From: Tubulanus polymorphus
Taxonomy: Eukaryota; Animalia; Nemertea
Direction of reading: 5' to 3'
DNA: 64,000 bases
Assembly (NCBI RefSeq): GCF_964204645.1
Contig: NW_027437465.1
Coordinates: 17,001-81,000, forward strand
Part shown: positions 30,001 to 40,831 of the stretch, in pieces
Numbering within the stretch: position 1 is the stretch's first letter
How the letters are laid out: every line of letters begins with the position of its first letter
Program-made: the position numbers and the translations under genes
The notes under the pieces: generated by a model
Told to the model about the DNA's origin: nothing
The model's input: only the letters and a program-made list of their open reading frames with translations
Databases searched by the model: none

Positions 30001-33000
30001 AGTCGTTTGCTCATCAAATTCTCCCCGTATCGGAAAAACGAAAATGTCGATGCGCGAAAGCGCTCAAATCGACGGGAAAAGCACATTTCGACCCGAAAAC
30101 GTCGTTCAGCGCGAGAAAAGACGTTTTCTCATCAAATTCTCCCCGTATCCGAAAAATGAAAATGTCGATGCGCGAAAGCGCTCAAATCGACGGGAGAAGG
30201 ACATTTCGACCCGAAAACGTTGTTCAGCGCGAGAAAAGACGTTTTCTCATCAAATTCTCCCCGTAGCAGAAAAACGAAAATGTCAATGCGCCAGAAAAGC
30301 GCTCAAATCGACAGGAAAAGCACATTTCGACCCGAAAACGTCGTTCAGCGCGAGAAAAGACGTTTTCTCATCAAATTCTCCCCGTATCGGAAAAATGAAA
30401 ATGTCGATGCGCCAGAAAAGCGCTCAAATCGACGGGAAAAGCACACTTCGACCCGTAAAACGTCGTTCAGCGCAAGAAAAGACGTTTTCTCATCAAATTC
30501 TCACTTTATCGGAAAAATGAAAATGTCGATGCGCGAAAGCGCTCAAATCGACGGGAAAAGCCTATTTCGACCCGAAAACATCGTTCAGTGCGAGAAAAGA
30601 CCTTTTCTCATCAAATTCTCCCCGTATCGGAAAAACGAAAATGTCGATGCGCGAAAGCGCTCAAATCGACGGGAAAAGCACATTTCGACCCGAAAACGTC
30701 GTTCAGCGCGAGAAAAGACGTTTTCTCATCAAATTCTCCCCGTATCCGAAAAATGAAAATGTCGATGCGCGAAAGCGCTCAAATCGACGGGAGAAGCACA
30801 TTTCGACCCGAAAACGTCGTTCAGCGCGAGAAAAGACGTTTTCTCATCAAATTCTCCCCGTATCGGAAAAATGAAAATGTCGATGCAAAACGTCGTTCAG
30901 CGCGAGAAAAGACTTTTTCTCATCAAATTCTCCCCGTATCGGAAAAACGAAAATGTCGATGCGCGAAAGCGCTCAAATCGACGGGAAAAGCACATTTCGA
31001 CCCGAAAACGTCGTTCAGCGCGAGAAAAGCAGTCTTCTCATCAAATTCTCCCAGTATCGGAAAAATGAAAATGTCGATGCGCCAGAAAAGCGCTCAAATC
31101 GACGGGAAAAGCACATTTCGACCCGTAAGACGTCGTTCAGCGCGAGAAAAGACTTTTTCTCATCAAATTCTCCCCGTATCGGAAAAACGAAAATGTCGAT
31201 GCGCGAAAGCGCTCAAATCGACGGGAAAAGCACATTTCGACCCGAAAACGTCGTTCAGCGCGAGAAAAGTCGTTTGCTCATCAAATTCTCCCCGTATCGG
31301 AAAAACGAAAATGTCGATGCGCGAAAGCGCTCAAATCGACGGGAGAAGGACATTTCGACCCGAAAACGTTGTTCAGCGCGAGAAAAGACGTTTTCTCATC
31401 AAATTCTCCCCGTAGCAGAAAAACGAAAATGTCAATGCGCCAGAAAAGCGCTCAAATCGACAGGAAAAGCACATTTCGACCCGAAAACGTCGTTCAGCGC
31501 GAGAAAAGACGTTTTCTCATCAAATTCTCCCCGTATCGGAAAAATGAAAATGTCGATGCGCCAGAAAAGCGCTCAAATCGACGGGAAAAGCACACTTCGA
31601 CCCGTAAAACGTCGTTCAGCGCGAGAAAAGACGTTTTCTCATCAAATTCTCACTTTATCGGAAAAATGAAAATGTCGATGCGCGAAAGCGCTCAAATCGA
31701 CGGGAAAAGCCTATTTCGACCCGAAAACATCGTTCAGTGCGAGAAAAGACCTTTTCTCATCAAATTCTCCCCGTATCGGAAAAACGAAAATGTCGATGCG
31801 CGAAAGCGCTCAAATCGACGGGAAAAGCACATTTCGACCCGAAAACGTCGTTCAGCGCGAGAAAAGACGTTTTCTCATCAAATTCTCCCCGTATCCGAAA
31901 AATGAAAATGTCGATGCGCGAAAGCGCTCAAATCGACGGGAGAAGCACATTTCGACCCGAAAACGTCGTTCAGCGCGAGAAAAGACGTTTTCTCATCAAA
32001 TTCTCCCCGTATCGGAAAAATGAAAATGTCGATGCAAAACGTCGTTCAGCGCGAGAAAAGACTTTTTCTCATCAAATTCTCCCCGTATCGGAAAAACGAA
32101 AATGTCGATGCGCGAAAGCGCTCAAATCGACGGGAAAAGCACATTTCGACCCGAAAACGTCGTTCAGCGCGAGAAAAGCAGTCTTCTCATCAAATTCTCC
32201 CAGTATCGGAAAAATGAAAATGTCGATGCGCCAGAAAAGCGCTCAAATCGACGGGAAAAGCACACTTCGACCCGTAAAACGTCGTTCAGCGCGAGAAAAG
32301 ACGTTTTCTCATCAAATTCTCACTTTATCGGAAAAATGAAAATGTCGATGCGCCAGAAAAGCGCTCAAATCGACGGGAAAAGCACATTTCGACCCGTAAG
32401 ACGTCGTTCAGCGCGAGAAAAGTCTTTTTCTCATCAAATTCTCCCCGTATCGGAAAAACGAAAATGTCGATGCGCGAAAGCGCTCAAATCGACGGGAAAA
32501 GCACATTTCGCCCCGAAAACGTCGTTCAGCGCGAGAAAAGTCGTTTGCTCATCAAATTCTCCCCGTATCGGAAAAACGAAAATGTCGATGCGCGAAAGCG
32601 CTCAAATCGACGGGAAAAGCACATTTCGACCCGAAAACGTCGTTCAGCGCGAGAAAAGACTTTTTCTCATCAAATTCTCCCCGTATCGGAAAAACGATGT
32701 CGATGCGCGAAAGCGATCAAATCGACGGGAAAAGCACATTTCGACCCGAAAACGTCGTTCAGCGTGAGAAAAGACTTTTTCTCATCAAATTCTCCCCGTA
32801 TCGGAAAAACGAAAATGTCGATGCGCAAAAGCGCTCAAATCGACGGGAAAAGCTCATTTCGACCCGAAAACATCGTTCAGCGCGAGATAAGCAGTTTTCT
32901 CATCAAATTCTCCCCGTATCGGAAAAATGAAAATGTCGATGCGCCAAAGAAGCGCCCAAATCGACGGGAAAAGCACATTTCGACCCGAAAACGTCGTTCA

Positions 33001-36000
33001 GCGCGAGAAAAGACTTTTTCTCATCAAATTCTCCCCGTATCGGAAAAAACGAAAATATCGATGCGCCAGAAAAGCGCTCAAATCGACGGGAAAAGCACAT
33101 TTCGACCCGAAAACGTCGTTCAGCGCGAGAAAAGACGTTTTCTCATCAAATTCTCCCCGTATCGGAAAAATGAAAATGTCGATGCGCCAAAGAAGCGCCC
33201 AAATCGACGGGAAAAGCACATTTCGACCCGAAAACGTCGTTCAGCGCGAGAAAAGACTTTTTCTCATCAAATTCTCCCGTATCGGAAAAAACGAAAATAT
33301 CGATGCGCCAGAAAAGCGCTCAAATCGACGGGAAAAGCACATTTCGACCCGAAAACGTCGTTCAGCGCGAGAAAAGACGTTTTCTCATCAAATTCTCCCC
33401 GTATCCGAAAAATGAAAATGTCGATGCGCGAAAGCGCTCAAATCGACGGGAGAAGCACATTTCGACCCGAAAACGTCGTTCAGCGCGAGAAAAGACGTTT
33501 TCTCATCAAATTCTCCCCGTATCGGAAAAATGAAAATGTCGATGCAAAACGTCGTTCAGAGCGAGAAAAGACTTTTTCTCATCAAATTCTCCCCGTATCG
33601 GAAAAACGAAAATGTCGATGCGCGAAAGCGCTCAAATCGACGGGAAAAGCACATTTCGACCCGAAAACGTCGTTCAGCGCGAGAAAAGCAGTCTTCTCAT
33701 CAAATTCTCCCCGTATCGGAAAAATGAAAATGTCGATGCGCCAAAGAAGCGCCCAAATCGACGGGAAAAGCACATTTCGACCCGAAAACGTCGTTCAGCG
33801 CGAGAAAAGACGTTTTCTCATCAAATTCTCCCCGTATCGGAAAAAACGAAAATGTCGAGGCGCCAGAAAAGCGCTCAAATCGACGGGAAAAGCACATTTC
33901 GACCCGAAAACGTCGTTCAGCGCGAGAAAAGACGTTTTCTCATCAAATTCTCCCCGTATCCGAAAAATGAAAATGTCGATGCGCGAAAGCGCTCAAATCG
34001 ACGGGAGAAGCACATTTCGACCCGAAAACGTCGTTCAGCGCGAGAAAAGACGTTTTCTCATCAAATTCTCCCCGTATCCGAAAAATGAAAATGTCGATGC
34101 AAAACGTCGTTCAGCGCGAGAAAAGACTTTTTCTCATCAAATTCTCCCCGTATCGGAAAAACGAAAATGTCGATGCGCGAAAGCGCTCAAATCGACGGGA
34201 AAAGCACATTTCGACCCGAAAACGTCGTTCAGCGCGAGAAAAGCAGTCTTCTCATCAAATTCTCCCAGTATCGGAAAAATGAAAATGTCGATGCGCCAGA
34301 AAAGCGCTCAAATCGACGGGAAAAGCACATTTCGACCCGTAAGACGTCGTTCAGCGCGAGAAAAGACTTTTTCTCATCAAATTCTCCCCGTATCGGAAAA
34401 ACGAAAATGTCGATGCGCGAAAGCGCTCAAATCGACGGGAAAAGCACATTTCGACCCGAAAACGTCGTTCAGCGCGAGAAAAGACGTTTTCTCATCAAAT
34501 TCTCCCCGTATCGGAAAAACGAAAATGTCGATGCGCGAAAGCGCTCAAATCGACGGGAAAAGCACATTTCGACCCGAAAACGTCGTTCAGCGCGAGAAAA
34601 GACTCTTTCTCATCAAATTCTCCCCGTATCGGAAAAACGAAAATGTCGATGCGCAAAAGCGCTCAAATCGACGGGAAAAGCTCATTTCGACCCGAAAACA
34701 TCGTTCAGCGCAAGATAAGCAGTTTTCTCATCAAATTCTCCCCGTATCGGAAAAATGAAAATTTCGATGCGCCAAAGAAGCGCCCAAATCGACGGGAAAA
34801 GCACATTTCGACCCGAAAACGTCGTTCAGCGCGAGAAAAGACGTTTTCTCATCAAATTCTCCCCGTATCGGAAAAAACGAAAATATCGATGCGCCAGAAA
34901 AGCGCTCAAATCGACGGGAAAAGCACATTTCGACCCGAAAACGTCGTTCAGCGCGAGAAAAGACGTTTTCTCATCAAATTCTCCCCGTATCGGAAAAATG
35001 AAAATGTCGATGCAAAACGTCGTTCAGCGCGAGAAAAGACTTTTTCACATCAAATTCTCCCCGTATCGGAAAAACGAAAATGTCGATGCGCGAAAGCGCT
35101 CAAATCGACGGGAAAAGCACATTTCGACCCGAAAACGTCGTTCAGCGCGAGAAAAGCAGTCTTCTCATCAAATTCTCCCAGTATCGGAAAAATGAAAATG
35201 TCGATGCGCCAGAAAAGCGCTCAAATCGACGGGAAAAGCACATTTCGACCCGTAAAACGTCGTTCAGCGCGAGAAAATAATTTTTCTTATCAAATTCTCC
35301 CCGTATCGGAAAAACGAAAATGTCGATGCGCGAAAGCGCTCAAATCGACGGGAAAAGCACATTTCGACCCGAAAACGTCGTTCAGCGCGAGATAAGCAGT
35401 TTTCTCATCAAATTCTCCCCGTATCGGAAAAATGAAAATGTCGATGCGCCAAAAAAGCGCCCAAATCGACGGGAAAAACACATTTCGACCCGAAAACGTC
35501 GTTCAGCGCGAGAAAAGACGTTTTCTCATCAAATTCTCCCAGTATCGGAAAAATGAAAATGTCGATGCGCCAGAAAAGCGCTCAAATCGACGGGAAAAGC
35601 ACATTTCGACCCGAAAACGTCGTTCAGCGCGAGAAAAGACGTTTTCTCATCAAATTCTCCCCGTATCCGAAAAATGAAAATGTCGATGCGCGAAAGCGCT
35701 CAAATCGACGGGAGAAGCACATTTCGACCCGAAAACGTCGTTCAGCGCGAGAAAAGACGTTTTCTCATCAAATTCTCCCCGTATCGGAAAAATGAAAATG
35801 TCGATGCAAAACGTAGTTCAGAGCGAGAAAAGACTTTTTCTCATCAAATTCTCCCCGTATCGGAAAAACGAAAATGTCGATGCGCGAAAGCGCTCAAATC
35901 GACGGGAAAAGCACATTTCGACCCGAAAACGTCGTTCAGCGCGAGAAAAGCAGTCTTCTCATCAAATTCTCCCCGTATCGGAAAAATGAAAATGTCGATG

Positions 36001-39000
36001 CGCCAAAGAAGCGCCCAAATCGACGGGAAAAGCACATTTCGACCCGAAAACGTCGTTCAGCGCGAGAAAAGCAGTCTTCTCATCAAATTCTCCCAGTATC
36101 GGAAAAATGAAAATGTCGATGCGCCAGAAAAGCGCTCAAATCGACGGGAAAAGCACATTTCGACCCGTAAGACGTCGTTCAGCGCGAGAAAAGACTTTTT
36201 CTCATCAAATTCTCCCCGTATCGGAAAAACGAAAATGTCGATGCGCGAAAGCGCTCAAATCGACGGGAAAAGCACATTTCGACCCGAAAACGTCGTTCAG
36301 CGCGAGAAAAGACGTTTTCTCATCAAATTCTCCCCGTATCGGAAAAACGAAAATGTCGATGCGCGAAAGCGCTCAAATCGACGGGAAAAGCACATTTCGA
36401 CCCGAAAACGTCGTTCAGCGCGAGAAAAGACTCTTTCTCATCAAATTCTCCCCGTATCGGAAAAACGAAAATGTCGATGCGCAAAAGCGCTCAAATCGAC
36501 GGGAAAAGCTCATTTCGACCCGAAAACATCGTTCAGCGCAAGATAAGCAGTTTTCTCATCAAATTCTCCCCGTATCGGAAAAATGAAAATTTCGATGCGC
36601 CAAAGAAGCGCCCAAATCGACGGGAAAAGCACATTTCGACCCGAAAACGTCGTTCAGCGCGAGAAAAGACGTTTTCTCATCAAATTCTCCCCGTATCGGA
36701 AAAAACGAAAATATCGATGCGCCAGAAAAGCGCTCAAATCGACGGGAAAAGCACATTTCGACCCGAAAACGTCGTTCAGCGCGAGAAAAGACGTTTTCTC
36801 ATCAAATTCTCCCCGTATCGGAAAAATGAAAATGTCGATGCAAAACGTCGTTCAGCGCGAGAAAAGACTTTTTCACATCAAATTCTCCCCGTATCGGAAA
36901 AACGAAAATGTCGATGCGCGAAAGCGCTCAAATCGACGGGAAAAGCACATTTCGACCCGAAAACGTCGTTCAGCGCGAGAAAAGCAGTCTTCTCATCAAA
37001 TTCTCCCAGTATCGGAAAAATGAAAATGTCGATGCGCCAGAAAAGCGCTCAAATCGACGGGAAAAGCACATTTCGACCCGTAAAACGTCGTTCAGCGCGA
37101 GAAAATAATTTTTCTTATCAAATTCTCCCCGTATCGGAAAAACGAAAATGTCGATGCGCGAAAGCGCTCAAATCGACGGGAAAAGCACATTTCGACCCGA
37201 AAACGTCGTTCAGCGCGAGATAAGCAGTTTTCTCATCAAATTCTCCCCGTATCGGAAAAATGAAAATGTCGATGCGCCAAAAAAGCGCCCAAATCGACGG
37301 GAAAAACACATTTCGACCCGAAAACGTCGTTCAGCGCGAGAAAAGACGTTTTCTCATCAAATTCTCCCAGTATCGGAAAAATGAAAATGTCGATGCGCCA
37401 GAAAAGCGCTCAAATCGACGGGAAAAGCACATTTCGACCCGAAAACGTCGTTCAGCGCGAGAAAAGACGTTTTCTCATCAAATTCTCCCCGTATCCGAAA
37501 AATGAAAATGTCGATGCGCGAAAGCGCTCAAATCGACGGGAGAAGCACATTTCGACCCGAAAACGTCGTTCAGCGCGAGAAAAGACGTTTTCTCATCAAA
37601 TTCTCCCCGTATCGGAAAAATGAAAATGTCGATGCAAAACGTAGTTCAGAGCGAGAAAAGACTTTTTCTCATCAAATTCTCCCCGTATCGGAAAAACGAA
37701 AATGTCGATGCGCGAAAGCGCTCAAATCGACGGGAAAAGCACATTTCGACCCGAAAACGTCGTTCAGCGCGAGAAAAGCAGTCTTCTCATCAAATTCTCC
37801 CCGTATCGGAAAAATGAAAATGTCGATGCGCCAAAGAAGCGCCCAAATCGACGGGAAAAGCACATTTCGACCCGAAAACGTCGTTCAGCGCGAGAAAAGA
37901 CGTTTTCTCATCAAATTCTCCCCGTATCGGAAAAAACGAAAATGTCGAGGCGCCAGAAAAGCGCTCAAATCGACGGGAAAAGCACATTTCGACCCGAAAA
38001 CGTCGTTCAGCGCGAGAAAAGACGTTTTCTCATCAAATTCTCCCCGTATCCGAAAAATGAAAATGTCGATGCGCGAAAGCGCTCAAATCGACGGGAGAAG
38101 CACATTTCGACCCGAAAACGTCGTTCAGCGCGAGAAAAGACGTTTTCTCATCAAATTCTCCCCGTATCCGAAAAATGAAAATGTCGATGCAAAACGTCGT
38201 TCAGCGCGAGAAAAGACTTTTTCTCATCAAATTCTCCCCGTATCGGAAAAACGAAAATGTCGATGCGCGAAAGCGCTCAAATCGACGGGAAAAGCACATT
38301 TCGACCCGAAAACGTCGTTCAGCGCGAGAAAAGCAGTCTTCTCATCAAATTCTCCCAGTATCGGAAAAATGAAAATGTCGATGCGCCAGAAAAGCGCTCA
38401 AATCGACGGGAAAAGCACATTTCGACCCGTAAGACGTCGTTCAGCGCGAGAAAAGACTTTTTCTCATCAAATTCTCCCCGTATCGGAAAAACGAAAATGT
38501 CGATGCGCGAAAGCGCTCAAATCGACGGGAAAAGCACATTTCGACCCGAAAACGTCGTTCAGCGCGAGAAAAGACGTTTTCTCATCAAATTCTCCCCGTA
38601 TCGGAAAAACGAAAATGTCGATGCGCGAAAGCGCTCAAATCGACGGGAAAAGCACATTTCCACCCGAAAACGTCGTTCAGCGCGAGAAAAGACTCTTTCT
38701 CATCAAATTCTCCCCGTATCGGAAAAACGAAAATGTCGATGCGCAAAAGCGCTCAAATCGACGGGAAAAGCTCATTTCGACCCGAAAACATCGTTCAGCG
38801 CGAGATAAGCAGTTTTCTCATCAAATTCTCCCCGTATCGGAAAAATGAAAATGTCGATGCGCCAAAGATGCGCCCAAATCGACGGGAAAAGCACATTTCG
38901 ACCCGAAAACGTCGTTCAGCGCGAGAAAAGACGTTTTCTCATCAAATTCTCCCCGTATCGGAAAAAACGAAAATATCGATGCGCCAGAAAAGCGCTCAAA

Positions 39001-40417
39001 TCGACGGGAAAAGCACATTTCGACCCGAAAACGTCGTTCAGCGCGAGAAAAGACGTTTTCTCATCAAATTCTCCCCGTATCGGAAAAATGAAAATGTCGA
39101 TGCAAAACGTCGTTCAGCGCGAGAAAAGACTTTTTCTCATCAAATTCTCCCCGTATCGGAAAAACGAAAATGTCGATGCGCGAAAGCGCTCAAATCGACG
39201 GGAAAAGCACATTTCGACCCGAAAACGTCGTTCAGCGCGAGAAAAGCAGTCTTCTCATCAAATTCTCCCAGTATCGGAAAAATGAAAATGTCGATGCGCC
39301 AGAAAAGCGCTCAAATCGACGGGAAAAGCACATTTCGACCCGTAAAACGTCGTTCAGCGCGAGAAAATAATTTTTCTCATCAAATTCTCCCCGTATCGGA
39401 AAAACGAAAATGTCGATGCGCGAAAGCGCTCAAATCGACGGGAAAAGCACATTTCGACCCGAAAACGTCGTTCAGCGCGAGATAAGCAGTTTTCTCATCA
39501 AATTCTCCCCGTATCGGAAAAATGAAAATGTCGATGCGCCAAAAAAGCGCCCAAATCGACGGGAAAAACACATTTCGACCCGAAAACGTCGTTCAGCGCG
39601 AGAAAAGACGTTTTCTCATCAAATTCTCCCAGTATCGGAAAAATGAAAATGTCGATGCGCCAGAAAAGCGCTCAAATCGACGGGAAAAGCACATTTCGAC
39701 CCGAAAACGTCGTTCAGCGCGAGAAAAGTCGTTTGCTCATCAAATTCTCCCCGTATCGGAAAAACGAAAATGTCGATGAGCGAAAGCGCTCAAATCGACG
39801 GGAAAAGCACATTTCGACCCGAAAACGTCGTTCAGCGCGAGAAAAGACATTTTCTCATCAAATTCTCCCCGTATCCGAAAAATGAAAATGTCGATGCGCG
39901 AAAGCGCTCAAATCGACGGGAGAAGGACATTTCGACCCGAAAACGTCGTTCAGCGCGAGAAAAGACGTTTTCTCATCAAATTCTCCCCGTAGCGGAAAAA
40001 CGAAAATGTCAATGCGCCAGAAAAGCGCTCAAATCGACAGGAAAAGCACATTTCGACCCGAAAACGTCGTTCAGCGCGAGAAAAGACGTTTTCTCATCAA
40101 ATTCTCCCCGTATCGGAAAAATGAAAATGTCGATGCGCCAGAAAAGCGCTCAAATCGACGGGAAAAGCACATTTCGACCCGAAAACGTCGTTCAGCGCGA
40201 GAAAAGACGTTTTCTCATCAAATTCTCACTTTATCGGAAAAATGAAAATGTCGATGCGCGAAAGCGCTCAGATCGACGGGAAAAGCACATTTCGACCCGA
40301 AAACATCGTTCAGTGCGAGAAAAGACCTTTTCTCATCAAATTCTCCCCGTATCGGAAAAACGAAAATGTCGATGCGCGAAAGCGCTCAGATCGACGGGAA
40401 AAGCACTTTTCGACCCG
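1..40417 (+). repeat. Tandem satellite DNA array, 118-bp base monomer (variants 121/122, 115, 76 bp), roughly 340 monomers; continues past the window's left edge
   Basis: Monomer GTCGTTCAGCGCGAGAAAAGCAGTTTTCTCATCAAATTCTCCCCGTATCGGAAAAACGAAAATGTCGATGCGCGAAAGCGCTCAAATCGACGGGAAAAGCACATTTCGACCCGAAAAC starts at 1, 119, 241 and so on. It is head-to-tail with no inversion or foreign insertion seen, and stops mid-monomer at ...TTCGACCCG (40417). Confidence 0.99.
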
Positions 40418-40600
40418 AGTAATAGGGATAATAGGCTTTCAGATCAAAGGTTGAAGGGTCGAGCTCGTAAAAAATGAAAATAACAAGTTGAAGTTGAAGT
40501 CGCGCACACTCCTAATTCAACTTTTAATTATTGTTATTTTCATTTTTTACTCACTCGCCCCTTCAACCTTTAACCTGAAAGCCTATTATCCCTATTACTC
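40417..40600. repeat. 184-bp imperfect inverted repeat (fold-back) at the left end of element 1
   Basis: GAGTAATAGGGATAATAGGCTTTCAG at 40417 is the exact reverse complement of CTGAAAGCCTATTATCCCTATTACTC ending at 40600. Pairing continues with a few mismatches (GTAAAAAATGAAAATAACAA/TTGTTATTTTCATTTTTTAC; AAGTTGAA/TTCAACTT) to a ~17-nt loop. Confidence 0.95.
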
Positions 40601-40831
40601 TTAAAATAATCATATACATGAATAACATTTAAATTGACAGATTATTCAATATAAAAGTGTAAGCTCTTATAGAATAGATATATAGATATATTTACAACAT
40701 TATTTCAATATTTATATTTGCATGAGTTAGATTTTTAAACATTAAAAGTGTTAGTAAAGTGTGATTGAAATAATACATACTAAAATCATTGAACTTCTAA
40801 AATCAATTTAAAAAAAAAATTTAGTATTAAA

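Noticed and set aside
1-40417. CRISPR-like array (constant repeat plus variable parts)
   Set aside because: There are no unique spacers and no cas genes; the variable parts are a few bases within monomers, in a eukaryotic context.
62-40477. Hundreds of long K/R/S-rich ORFs (up to 1390 aa)
   Set aside because: They are translations of a stop-free tandem repeat in all frames. Indel variants shift frames freely, so there is no sign of coding constraint.
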